A stretch of DNA of 32,000 nt from Nitrosomonas europaea (GCF_900167395.1 NZ_FUWK01000029.1:1-32000); one strand, 5' to 3'; shown: positions 17,035-26,687, counted from the stretch's first letter. The notes: generated from the letters alone by a model not told the origin. Program-made: numbers and translations.

Positions 17035-17061
17035 GGCAACGATATAACCCAGGCGTTAGCT
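17034..17061 (+). other. Vestigial or minimal attC-like element (GGGCAAC-14 nt-GTTAGCT)
   Basis: An R''-like AAC core and an R'-like GTTAGCT core lie 14 nt apart, between the ORF 2 stop and the ORF 3 start. At 28 bp it is far shorter than a functional attC. Confidence 0.3.
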
Positions 17062-17067
17062 TTCTTT

Positions 17068-17797
17068 ATGACCTACGCAGACATCACGTTCAAAGACAAA
17101 AACGCTATTAAACGCTGGCTTCAGTCACGTAGGCTTGTCGTTGCATCTCGCATTGCTGATGCGGGGGGGGGATCCCCACTGTATTCTCGATTTTGGTGCT
17201 GGAAATGGCGAGTTATGCAAACTCATTGCATTGCAATTTTGCTACGAACCAACTCCTTCCCTAATGGCCGAGGCAAAGGAAAATTTGGCCGACTTGCCAC
17301 AGATCAGTTTTTGTAGTGATCTAGAAAAAATATCTGATGGTTCAGTAGAGCTTATTTTTTGCCTTGAGGTCTTTGAACATCTTCCAGAAAAAGAAACAAA
17401 AGATGCTTTAGGACAATTCGATAGACTACTGACTGATAACGGCAATGCAGTTATCGGTGTGCCGGTAGAAATTGGGATTCCAGCCTTATACAAGGGCATT
17501 TTTCGCATGTCACGCCGTTTCAATACATTCGATGCTTCAATCAAAAATGTTTTACTCGCTGCGTTGTCTTTTCCACCAAAAGACCGGCCTGTGTCGGAAA
17601 TTACACCTGGTTTCGCCTTCCACCACGAACATATGGGGTTTGACTATCGTAAGTTACAAGCCCTCTTACATGCGCAGTTCGGGTTGCAGCAAGTTACTAC
17701 GAGTCCATTTTCAATTTTCGGGCCATGGCTAAATCCGGAGGTAAATTTCCTCATACAGAAAGCTAACCCGGCGGTCAACGCAGACGCTGCGCGATAA
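17068..17797 (+). pseudogene. Cassette ORF 3: class I SAM-dependent methyltransferase split by a +1/-1 shift at a G9 tract
   Basis: The frame from ATG 17068 (MTYADITFKDKNAIKRWLQSRRLVVASRIADAGGG) runs into G9 at 17163-17171. The next frame continues DPHCILDFGAGNGELCK (SAM motif I) ...FCLEVFEHL to the stop at 17797. With eight Gs the two parts fuse into one ORF. Confidence 0.75.
17163..17171 (+). repeat. Homopolymeric G9 tract at the frame junction of the methyltransferase
   Basis: Read directly from the sequence: GATGCGGGGGGGGGATCC. Confidence 0.95.
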
Positions 17798-17834
17798 AGC
17801 CGCGCAGTGTCGCACAATTCGCGGCCCGTTAGAC
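17761..17834 (+). other. Integron attC recombination site (attC-3)
   Basis: AGCTAACCCGGCGGTCAACGCAGACGCTGCGCG-ATAAAGC-CGCGCAGTGTCGCACAATTCGCGGCCCGTTAGAC is an imperfect palindrome with an AAC...GTT framework. R' GTTAGAC fits GTTRRRY. The methyltransferase stop codon lies inside it, as is common for cassettes. Confidence 0.75.
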
Positions 17835-17842
17835 ACCACAAT

Positions 17843-18271
17843 ATGCGTCTTTGGTCACTTCACCCCAAATATCTCGATCCTCAAGGTCTTGTCGCCTTGT
17901 GGCGTGAATCACTGCTTGCAAAAGCAGTTCTTCGCGGAGAAACCCGTGGCTACACAAATCATCCGCAACTGGAACGATTCAAAGCGCACCCTCAGCCTCA
18001 CTTCGCAATCAATTTCTATCTCGCAGCAATTCATGCAGAAGCCACGGAGCGCGGCTATACTTTTGATTCATCCAAAATCGGGCCAGTTTGTTCAGTGCAA
18101 CTCATATTAGTCAATAGCGGACAACTTTCACATGAATGGAACCACTTGCAGCACAAACTGGCTACTCGCAGCCCAATCGTGCATGCCCGTTGGAGTGATC
18201 TTGCCTCACCGATCTGCCATCCATTGTTCCATCCGCAGCCAGGGCCTGTCGCTTCATGGGAGCGAGTGTAG
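17843..18271 (+). CDS. Cassette ORF 4: pyrimidine-dimer DNA glycosylase / T4 endonuclease V-like family protein
   Basis: MRLWSLHPKYLDPQGLVALWRESLLAKAVL is the characteristic N-terminus of the bacterial Pyr_excise-like family. The ATG at 17843 lies 9 nt after the attC-3 R' core, so I prefer it to the ORF-track start at 17807, which is inside attC-3. Confidence 0.7.
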   Translation: MRLWSLHPKYLDPQGLVALWRESLLAKAVLRGETRGYTNHPQLERFKAHPQPHFAINFYLAAIHAEATERGYTFDSSKIGPVCSVQLILVNSGQLSHEWNHLQHKLATRSPIVHARWSDLASPICHPLFHPQPGPVASWERV

Positions 18272-18277
18272 GGTGGC

Positions 18278-18298
18278 GCCTAACTTTCGGCGTTAGGG
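18278..18298 (+). other. Minimal attC-like palindrome (GCCTAAC-7 nt-GTTAGGG)
   Basis: A perfect R'' consensus (RYYYAAC) and a near-consensus R' are separated by only 7 nt. CCTAAC/GTTAGG is an exact 6 bp inverted repeat. It sits between the ORF 4 stop and the ORF 5 start. Confidence 0.35.
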
Positions 18299-18301
18299 TC
18301 C

Positions 18302-18598
18302 ATGACCAAGCCTCTCGACCGTCTCATTGGCATGACACTCCTGAGCGCAGAGATCGCCTCGGGGTCCGCAGAGCTACGATTCTCTCGCTGCGACTTCTCC
18401 GCATATTCAACCTATAGTTCGTTCCCTGATTTTGGCAGCCTTGTGGGCCAAACCGTACAGTCGATCGTTGGCTCCATGGATAGACTGGTCATTCGCTTTG
18501 CTTTCGGTGAGTTTTTTATTTCGCTGCATCCAGACGACTATCGTGGTCCAGAAGCTTTCTGTGCCAGGTTTGCTGACGGGCCCTGGGTCGTTGAATAG
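18302..18598 (+). CDS. Cassette ORF 5: 98 aa protein of unknown function
   Basis: The ORF is bounded by the mini-attC and attC-5, with its ATG 4 nt after the GTTAGGG core. I recognise no family. Confidence 0.55.
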   Translation: MTKPLDRLIGMTLLSAEIASGSAELRFSRCDFSAYSTYSSFPDFGSLVGQTVQSIVGSMDRLVIRFAFGEFFISLHPDDYRGPEAFCARFADGPWVVE

Positions 18599-18604
18599 CA
18601 TGGG

Positions 18605-18664
18605 TCCTAACAATTCATTCAAGCGGATGGCGCTACGCGCAGCCGTTTAACCCCAGCGTTGGGC
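18605..18664 (+). other. Integron attC recombination site (attC-5), classical 60 bp form
   Basis: TCCTAACAATTCATTCAAGCGGATGGCGCTACGCGCAGCCGTTTAACCCCAGCGTTGGGC closely parallels the textbook aadA-type 59-base element as I remember it (GCCTAACAATTCGTTCAAGCCGA...GGCTTAACTCAAGCGTTAGAT). R' GTTGGGC is the exact complement of a GCCCAAC R''. Confidence 0.85.
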
Positions 18665-18801
18665 ATCTGAACGACCACTTTTGAAGCGACGATCTCTGCT
18701 GTACTTCCGTCAGCCGTATAGTTTGACAAAAAGACAGCGCTCTCAATTTACCCAAGGTAGCAAGGCGGATAGCGCACCTGTATGCCGCTTCTTAAATGCA
18801 A

Positions 18802-21800
18802 TCACAGATCGGGTTGTTGCAGCACCCATTCGTGCAGTGATACGTAGTCGGTTTTTCCGGTAGCGAGCAGCGGTAGCTTGTCGATGTACAGGATGCTCTT
18901 CGGTATTCCCAGTTCTCCCAGGCCATTCTGGTTGAAATAAGCAACGATTTCGCTGCGGTCCGCCGGTTGGCGGGTTGTGATCAGAACGAGCTGTTCGCCT
19001 TTTCTGGCATCGGGAATCTGAATGACAGCATGGCTGTAGTCCGGCCACAGCTGATGGATCGATTCTTCTATGGCCGGCAGTGAAATCATTTCCCCGCCTA
19101 TTTTGGCAAACCGCTTGGCGCGCCCTTTGATGAAAACGTAGCCTTCTTCGTTGATTTCAACGATGTCGCCGGTATCATGCCAGCCCTCGACAGGGGGTAT
19201 GACCATCCCGGGGTTGGCTGCCAGATAGTAGCCCAGCATCACATTCGGGCCGGATACCAGTAGTTTGCCCCCTTGCGTGATTCCCGGAACAGGTTCCAGT
19301 TTGCTGGAAATGCCGGGTAGCAGGCGGCCGACTGATCCGGGATGGTTGTGCATGGGGGTGTTCAAACTGAGGATCGGAGCAGTTTCAGTTGTGCCATAGC
19401 CTTCGAAGATACGCACACCAAAATTCTCCGACCACAGTCTGCGTGTGCTTTCCCGCAATTTTTCGGCGCCGGCAAATGCGTAACGAACGCTGTAAAAATC
19501 GTAGGCGTTGGCATGGCGCGCATAACCGGCGAGGAAAGTATCAGTACCGAACAGCAGGTTGCATTGGTGTCGTAGATCAGCTCGGGAATGACGCGGTAAT
19601 GCAGAGGAGACGGGTACAGAAAGACCCGCATACCGGACAGTACCGGCAGCAGCATGCCGCCTGTCAATCCAAAGGAATGGAAGAGGGGCAGTGCATTGAA
19701 TACCAGGTCAGTCGGGCCGAAATCGATCCGGGCGGATACCTGGAAACGATTGGCCTGCAGGTTGGTATGGCTGAGCACCACGCCTTTGGGTACGTCTTCC
19801 GATCCGGAAGTGAACAGGACGACTGCCGGTGCATCCGGATTACGCCGGGAATGGGTATAGCGATAACTGATTCCCGGCAGCAGGCTTGCTACCAGCCCTG
19901 CCAGTTTGTGCCACCAGTGCACCTGATGTTTCAGATCTTCCAGATAGATCAGTGTGATCTGCTGTGCTTTCAGACTGTCGGCCAGTCCGGTCAGTTTGGC
20001 GGCTTCGATGAATCTGCGTGCAGTGATGATGGTCCGGATCTGTGCTACCTGGCAGGCTGTCATGAGATTTCTGGGGCTGACCGAAAAATTTAGGAGGGCA
20101 GGTACACGTCCGAAAGCCTGCAAGGCAAAAAAACTGATCACGCTGCTCACCATGTTGGGCAGCATGATTCCCACGTTTTCCTGCGTGTGGGTATAGCGGC
20201 GCAGAACAATACCCAGGATGAAGCTGCGTGTGATCAGTTGAGAATAGTTCAATGGGTTGCGTTCGACATCTTCCGCGATGACGTGCTTTCTGCCGTGCGT
20301 GGCCGCAGCATCGAGCAGTGACTGAAACAGAGTTTGCCGCAGGACATTGCTCTGAAAAATCGTTGTGGTCATGATGTCGTACAGTTTCAGGCCGGCAGCG
20401 CGGCGACGGCGTTTGCCACGGATCGAATCCGGCAGATCGAAGCTTTCCGGCGGCATGACGGTTACGGTGATCCGCGGGAACCAGTGTATCCTCACCTTCC
20501 CTTTCAGTCTGGAGAAGAGCGTGTATTGCGGGCCTGAAAGGCTTACCGGCAACAGTTTTGCCCCGGCCTTATCCGCGATCATGGCCGGGCCTTCGTAGAT
20601 TTTCATGAGTGACCCGGTCAATGTCAGCCGGCCTTCAGGGAAAATCACCACCCTGTCACCGTTTCTGACGCGTTCGATCAGCAGACGGGTGGACAAAGGA
20701 TTGGTCGGGTCAAGCGCAATGGTGTCCGCCAGAAACAGGAAGGGCCGTACCCACCATTTGCGGGCAATACTGGTGTTGATGGCGAAGCACAGGCGTTCGG
20801 GAAAGCATACGCTCAGCAGTGTGGCATCCAGGAACGACAGGTGATTGGCGACGATCAGCACTTTTTCTCCTGCCTGCCGATAATGTTCCAGCCCTCTGAT
20901 TTTCAGGCGATAGAACGTATGGAATCCCCACTGCAGAATGGATCTGGCCAGTTCATACGGCAACAGTCCCGCGATATAAACCGCAACCAGGCCATTTAAC
21001 AGAGCGAGGGTGAGAAAGACTTCAGAAACAGTGAAATCCAATGCCAGCATTACGCTGATACCCGCTGCGGAAACCACCATGAACAGGGCATTCATAATGT
21101 TGTTGGCGGCAATGGCGCGCGAACGGTGGGAGGGTTTCGTATAGTTTTGCACGATGGCATAGAGCGGCACGATGTAGAGGCCGCCGCAGATCGAGATGGC
21201 CAGCAGATCCAGCAAAATGCGCCAGTGGGCGAATGATTCCAGGAAATTCAGCACGCCGATGAGTGTTCCATTCGCTGCAGGTGTGAATGATGTACTGGCA
21301 AAATACAGATCGATGGTGAAGATCGTCATGCCCAGTACGCCTAAAGGAACATAAGTTGCGGCCACTTCACCTTTGAGCAGTTTGTCGCACAGCAGCGCAC
21401 CGATACCGATTCCCACCGAAAAGAGTGTCAGGAACAGCGTAACCACCTGTTCATTTCCACCAATGATTTCTTTGGCGAAGGTGGGAAATTGTGACAGAAA
21501 TGTCGCGCCAAACAGCCAGAACCACGAGACTCCGAGAATGGCGTGAAACACCGTGGTGTTCTCACGTGCCTGCCGGATGAGGGTGCGCGTTTCTTCAAGC
21601 ACATGCCAGTTGACGATCGTATCTGCTGCTGCCGGGCGGACCGGGGGAATGAACAGACTGGACAGCCAGCCGGCCAGCGCTATCCCGATCGTTATGCCGG
21701 ATACGATCGCCCCTCCCTGCTCGGCCAGAATGAGCAACCCGCCTATGATCGTCCCCAGCAGAATGGCAATGAATGTTCCGGCACTGACCAGTGCATTGCC

Positions 21801-22235
21801 GCCGATCAGCTCATCTTCACGCAACTGGTCCGGCAGGATGCTGTATTTCAATGGCCCGAAGAAAGCGGACTGGGCGCCCATCAGAAACAGAATCATCATG
21901 AGCAGTATGACGCTATCCAGATAAAACCCCGCCGCCGCGCCTCCCATCAGAATGATTTCGACGAATTTGACGTGGCGGATCAGCCGTGCCTTATCCCATT
22001 TATCCGCCAGCTGGCCGGCAGTAGCGGAAAAGATGAAAAACGGCAGGATGAAAATACCGGCCGCCAGCGTGACCATGATCTGCGGGCTCAGGCCCGCGTT
22101 GTCCATGGTGGTGTAGGTAATCAGAATGACCAGCGCATTCTTGAAAACATTGTCATTGAATGCACCCAGAAACTGGGTAACGAAAAAGGGTAAAAAGCGT
22201 CTGCTCGAAAGCAGCTTCCATTGACTTGGGTGCAT
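18802..22235 (-). pseudogene. aas: Tri-domain fusion: LplT-like MFS lysophospholipid transporter + PlsC-type acyltransferase + Aas acyl-ACP synthetase (AMP-binding), with a 1 nt frameshift near 19556-19560
   Basis: The MFS N-terminus is FLPFFVTQFLGAFNDNVFK. Acyltransferase motifs are NHLSFLD and FPEGR. AMP-binding motifs are LFTSGSEDVPKGVVLSH, then after the shift EGYGTTETAP, WHDTGD and GRAKRFAKIGGEMISL. The frame changes at AAT GCA ACC (C)TG CTG TTC GGT; restoring one C gives LLFGTDTFLAGYARHANAYDFYSVRYAFAGAEKLRESTRR. Confidence 0.85.
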
Positions 22236-22365
22236 AACGAACCTTCCCGGATAGCGATATTCTGATTATAGGGAACTCCTCCCGGAAACCCTAGCATCAT
22301 GACAAAAATCTATCTGCTGTTGACAATAGCATTTCACAACAGGTACCATTGTTTTATCCTGTCAA

Positions 22366-22381
22366 ACACAATATATTGTGT
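22366..22381. promoter_or_regulatory. NrdR box upstream of nrdA
   Basis: ACACAATATATTGTGT is a perfect 16 bp palindrome matching the NrdR consensus acaCwAtATaTwGtgt. It lies 101 nt upstream of the nrdA ATG and downstream of a TTGACA hexamer at 22320-22325. Confidence 0.7.
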
Positions 22382-22481
22382 TCTCAGGTGTCCAGCAGTG
22401 TTCAGCCAATTCCTTCCCAGCTACTTGATTTTCGACCATTTTTCGATCAGCAGTACCATCGTCGTACAGGAGAATTTGACC

Positions 22482-25349
22482 ATGCAGCTTGCCACAGACC
22501 TCCCTTCTTCCTCTCCCGTCCAGCAGAAAAATTTTCTGGAAGAGATGACCGATTTGCCGGCGACCCGGCAGAATTATTCCCAGTATAAGATCATCCGCCG
22601 CAATGGTGCCGTGGTGGCATTTGAGCCGGGCAAGATTTCCATCGCGCTGACCAAGGCGTTCATTGCCGTAAGAGGCGGGCAGAGTGCTGCTTCTTCCAGC
22701 ATGCGTGAGATCGTGGCGCAACTGACCGGAGAAGTCGTGCATGCCCTGACTCGCCGGCGGCCGGAAGGTGGTACGTTTCATATCGAGGATATTCAGGATC
22801 AGGTCGAGCTGGCACTGATGCGCTCGGGTGACCATGATATCGCTCGTGCGTATGTGTTGTACCGTGAGGAGCGGGCGCGTGAACGGGCCAGGCAGCAATC
22901 AGCCCAGCCGGCTTCCGGTCAGGTGGCTGTGTTGCATGTCGTGGAAAACGGGCAAAAGATTCCGCTCGATCCGGCCCAGCTGATGGCCCGTATCGAATCA
23001 GCCTGCCAAAATCTGGGGAATACGGTCGATGCCGCGCTGATCGTCAAATCGATGCTCAAGGATTTGTACGATGGTGTGCCTGCCGAGGAAGTCAGAAAAT
23101 CTGCCATCCTGTCTGCCCGTGCGCTGATCGAGAAAGAGCCTGCCTACAGTTTTGTGACAGCACGGCTTTTGCTGGATAACATCCGTTATGAAGTCCTGGG
23201 TGAAGAAGTTGCCCATGAGGCCATGCAATCGCGCTATGCCGAATATTTCCCGGAGTTTGTCCGGAAAGGGATCGAGGCCGGGCTGCTGGATGAACGTTTG
23301 GGACAGTTTGACCTGGCACGGTTGTCAGAAGCTCTGGCTGCCGATCGTGATCTGCAGTTTGGCTACCTTGGCCTGCAGACCTTGTACGACCGCTATTTTC
23401 TGCATGTTTCCGAACGGCGTATCGAACTGCCGCAAATATTCTTCATGCGTGTTGCCATGGGATTGGCGCTGAACGAAATCGATCGTGAAGCCCGCGCCAT
23501 CGAGTTTTATCACCTGCTGTCCAAGTTCGATTTCATGAGCTCGACACCCACCCTGTTCAATTCGGGTACACGGCGCTCGCAATTGTCCTCATGCTATCTG
23601 AGCACTGTGCCGGACAGTCTCGATGGCATTTATGAAGCCATCAAGGAAAACGCGCTGCTATCGAAGTTTGCGGGCGGACTGGGCAACGACTGGACGCCGG
23701 TCAGGGCAATGGGTGCGCGCATCAAGGGAACCAATGGCAAGTCGCAAGGGGTGGTGCCTTTTCTCAAAGTGGTATCGGATACAGCAGTGGCAGTCAATCA
23801 GGGCGGCAAGCGCAAGGGAGCGGTTTGTGCCTATCTGGAAACCTGGCATCTCGATATCGAGGAATTTCTGGAATTGCGTAAAAACACCGGGGATGACCGG
23901 AGGCGAACGCATGACATGAATACTGCCGTCTGGGTGCCGGATCTGTTCATGAAGCGTATGCAGGAAGATCAGGAATGGACGCTGTTTTCACCTTCCGATA
24001 CGCCGGATCTGCACGACAAATTCGGCAGAGCATTTGAAGAAGCCTATATCGCCTATGAAGAGCAGGCGGCACAAGGCAGGCTGACCCTGTTCAAGCGTAT
24101 CCCGGCCCGGCAATTGTGGCGCAAGATGCTGACCATGCTGTTTGAAACCGGGCATCCGTGGATTACGTTCAAGGATCCCTGCAATATCCGTTCACCGCAG
24201 AATCATGTCGGCGTCGTGCACAGCTCCAATTTGTGTACTGAGATCACGCTGAATACCAGCGAAAAGGAAATTGCCGTATGCAATCTAGGGTCGGTCAACC
24301 TGCTGGCCCATATCGTCGATGGCAAACTGGATCAGGCCAGGCTCAAACAGACGGTTACGACAGCGATGCGTATGCTGGACAATGTGATCGACATCAATTT
24401 CTACGCGGTGGCAAAAGCGCGCAATGCTAATTTCCGGCATCGCCCGGTCGGGCTGGGGATCATGGGTTTCCAGGATTGTCTGCATAAGCTGGGCATTTCC
24501 TATGCTTCCCCGGAAGCAGTCGAATTTGCTGACAGGTCGATGGAAGCAGTTGCATACCATACCTACTGGGCTTCCACTGAACTGGCTGAAGAGCGTGGCA
24601 CCTATGCCACTTACCGGGGTAGTTTGTGGGATCGTGGCATTCTGCCGCAGGATACGCTGGAGTTGTTGCGTGAGGAGCGCGGCGGCCATGTGGAAATCGA
24701 TACCTCATCCACGCAGGACTGGGATGCTCTGCGTGACCGGATCAGACAGTACGGCATGCGTAATTCCAACTGCCTGGCGATTGCACCGACTGCGACGATC
24801 TCCAACATCATTGGAGTCTCCGCCAGTATCGAACCCACTTATCAGAATCTGTATGTCAAATCCAATCTTTCCGGAGAGTTTACGGTCGTCAACCAGTGGC
24901 TGGTAAATGATCTGAAAAAGCAGGACTTGTGGGATGAAGTCATGATCGCCGATCTCAAGCATTACGATGGAGCGGTCAGCAAGATTGACCGGGTGCCGGA
25001 GAATTTGCGCAACCTGTACGCTACGGCGTTCGAAGTTGATCCTCGATGGCTGGTCGAAGCAGCATCCAGAAGGCAGAAATGGATCGACCAGGCGCAATCG
25101 CTCAATCTTTACATGGCAGGTGCTTCCGGCAAAAAAATGGATGAGCTGTACCGGCTTGCCTGGTTGCGCGGACTCAAGACGACCTATTATCTGCGCGCGC
25201 TGGGGGCAACCACTGCCGAAAAATCGACGGTTCATACCGGTACCTTGAATGCAGTTCCCGCGCAGCACGAAGCGCATGCGGGCAATCTGGCTCATTCAGC
25301 CCCGCAGCAATGTGCAATCGACAATCCGGAATGTGAAGCATGCCAGTAA
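22482..25349 (+). CDS. nrdA: Class Ia ribonucleoside-diphosphate reductase alpha subunit (long form with N-terminal ATP-cone region)
   Basis: Motifs are [32 protein letters not shown] and the C-terminal redox tail CEACQ. GGAG Shine-Dalgarno lies 9 nt before the ATG at 22482. The upstream part of the track ORF covers the promoter and NrdR box. Confidence 0.95.
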   Translation: MQLATDLPSSSPVQQKNFLEEMTDLPATRQNYSQYKIIRRNGAVVAFEPGKISIALTKAFIAVRGGQSAASSSMREIVAQLTGEVVHALTRRRPEGGTFHIEDIQDQVELALMRSGDHDIARAYVLYREERARERARQQSAQPASGQVAVLHVVENGQKIPLDPAQLMARIESACQNLGNTVDAALIVKSMLKDLYDGVPAEEVRKSAILSARALIEKEPAYSFVTARLLLDNIRYEVLGEEVAHEAMQSRYAEYFPEFVRKGIEAGLLDERLGQFDLARLSEALAADRDLQFGYLGLQTLYDRYFLHVSERRIELPQIFFMRVAMGLALNEIDREARAIEFYHLLSKFDFMSSTPTLFNSGTRRSQLSSCYLSTVPDSLDGIYEAIKENALLSKFAGGLGNDWTPVRAMGARIKGTNGKSQGVVPFLKVVSDTAVAVNQGGKRKGAVCAYLETWHLDIEEFLELRKNTGDDRRRTHDMNTAVWVPDLFMKRMQEDQEWTLFSPSDTPDLHDKFGRAFEEAYIAYEEQAAQGRLTLFKRIPARQLWRKMLTMLFETGHPWITFKDPCNIRSPQNHVGVVHSSNLCTEITLNTSEKEIAVCNLGSVNLLAHIVDGKLDQARLKQTVTTAMRMLDNVIDINFYAVAKARNANFRHRPVGLGIMGFQDCLHKLGISYASPEAVEFADRSMEAVAYHTYWASTELAEERGTYATYRGSLWDRGILPQDTLELLREERGGHVEIDTSSTQDWDALRDRIRQYGMRNSNCLAIAPTATISNIIGVSASIEPTYQNLYVKSNLSGEFTVVNQWLVNDLKKQDLWDEVMIADLKHYDGAVSKIDRVPENLRNLYATAFEVDPRWLVEAASRRQKWIDQAQSLNLYMAGASGKKMDELYRLAWLRGLKTTYYLRALGATTAEKSTVHTGTLNAVPAQHEAHAGNLAHSAPQQCAIDNPECEACQ

Positions 25350-25389
25350 GTATCGAACAATCCACCACCAGAACCCAAGGAGCAACATC

Positions 25390-26538
25390 ATGCTGACTTT
25401 TGAAGATGAAGTATTTCAGCCGGGCAATATCCTGGCAGGCACGAGCGCACAAGCAGGGATGGCCAACAAAATGATTGCTGAGCGGCAGGTGCTGGACGAG
25501 GAAATACCGGCAGAGGATCATCGTCGGGTATCCGTGGAAGACAAGCGCATCATCAACTGCAAGGCGGATGTCAATCAGCTGGTGCCGTTCAAGTACAAAT
25601 GGGCGTGGGAAAAATACTTATCTGCCTGTGCCAATCACTGGATGCCGCAGGAAATCAACATGACGCGGGATATCGCTCTCTGGAAAGATCCCAACGGGTT
25701 GACCGAGGATGAACGCCGTATCGTCAAACGCAACCTCGGCTTTTTCGTCACGGCCGATTCACTGGCAGCCAACAATATCGTGCTGGGGACCTATCGGCAC
25801 ATTACCAACCCTGAATGCCGCCAGTATTTGTTGCGACAGGCGTTCGAGGAAGCCATCCACACGCACGCCTATCAGTACATCGTCGAATCAATCGGCCTGG
25901 ATGAAGGTGAAATTTTTAATGCCTATCATGAAATCGGGTCGATACGTGACAAAGATGAGTTCCTGATTCCTTTTATCGATACACTCACCGATCCTTCATT
26001 CCGGACAGGTACACTGGAAACCGACCAGCAACTGCTGAAAAGCCTGATCGTGTTTGCCTGCATCATGGAAGGGCTGTTTTTCTATGTCGGTTTTGTACAG
26101 ATTCTGGCACTCGGCCGGCAGAACAAGATGACCGGGGCGGCCGAGCAATACCAGTACATCCTGCGTGATGAATCCATGCATTGCAATTTCGGCATCGATG
26201 TCATCAACCAGATAAAACTTGAAAACCCGCATCTGTGGACCCGGGAATTCCGCGAGGAAATCAGCGCCCTGATGCGCAAGGCAGTGGAACTGGAATACCG
26301 TTATGCGGAAGACACCATGCCGCGCGGCGTGCTCGGTTTGAACGCGCCGATGTTCAAGGAATATCTGCGTTTCATTATCAATCGTCGCAGCCATCAGATC
26401 GGCCTCGATCCATTGTTCCCCGAAGCGGGTAACCCTTTCCCATGGATGTCGGAAATGATCGATCTGAAGAAAGAAAAGAATTTCTTTGAAACGCGTGTGA
26501 TCGAGTATCAGACAGGGGGCGTATTAAGTTGGGATTAA
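25390..26538 (+). CDS. nrdB: Class Ia ribonucleotide reductase beta subunit
   Basis: The di-iron/tyrosyl radical ligand contexts are present ([32 protein letters not shown]). AAGGAG Shine-Dalgarno precedes the ATG at 25390. Confidence 0.95.
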   Translation: MLTFEDEVFQPGNILAGTSAQAGMANKMIAERQVLDEEIPAEDHRRVSVEDKRIINCKADVNQLVPFKYKWAWEKYLSACANHWMPQEINMTRDIALWKDPNGLTEDERRIVKRNLGFFVTADSLAANNIVLGTYRHITNPECRQYLLRQAFEEAIHTHAYQYIVESIGLDEGEIFNAYHEIGSIRDKDEFLIPFIDTLTDPSFRTGTLETDQQLLKSLIVFACIMEGLFFYVGFVQILALGRQNKMTGAAEQYQYILRDESMHCNFGIDVINQIKLENPHLWTREFREEISALMRKAVELEYRYAEDTMPRGVLGLNAPMFKEYLRFIINRRSHQIGLDPLFPEAGNPFPWMSEMIDLKKEKNFFETRVIEYQTGGVLSWD

Positions 26539-26593
26539 CGGTGTTAATCAATCGATTGCCGATCGATAAAATCATGTAGAATGACAACGGGCC

Positions 26594-26641
26594 GGCTGGT
26601 TCACTTTAAAATTAAAAAATACAGGTGACCAGCCTTTTTTA
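26594..26641 (+). terminator. Rho-independent terminator after nrdB
   Basis: GGCTGGT(T)CAC ... GTGACCAGCC forms the stem and is followed by TTTTTTATTTT. Confidence 0.7.
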
Positions 26642-26687
26642 TTTTCAGAAAATCAATTATGCGAGCGAACCGTTCATTTTATTCAGG

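Noticed and set aside
17135-17797. Track ORF treating the methyltransferase as starting at TTG 17135
   Set aside because: The start is a non-ATG codon with no Shine-Dalgarno. The upstream ATG frame (17068) encodes a plausible N-terminus that ends exactly at the G9 tract, so a frameshifted single gene is the better model.
17807-17842. Upstream start (MSHNSRPVRHHN) for the endoV-like ORF
   Set aside because: This stretch lies inside attC-3, and the family N-terminus is MRLWSLHP.
19389-22193. Plus-strand ORFs opposite aas (234 aa, 216 aa, 123 aa and others)
   Set aside because: They are antisense shadows of a well-supported three-domain gene and have no motifs or translation signals.
22336-22351. 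Second NrdR box
   Set aside because: Only 7 of 16 positions match the consensus, and the spacing to the good box (about 27-28 bp centre to centre) is not the usual integral number of helical turns.
22362-26394. Antisense and off-frame ORFs within nrdA and nrdB (e.g. 24705-25295, 25996-26394)
   Set aside because: They lie inside highly conserved RNR genes and have shadow-ORF composition.
26625-26687. Upstream start of mltD
   Set aside because: It would begin within the nrdB terminator stem. The signal peptide starts at the ATG at 26688.
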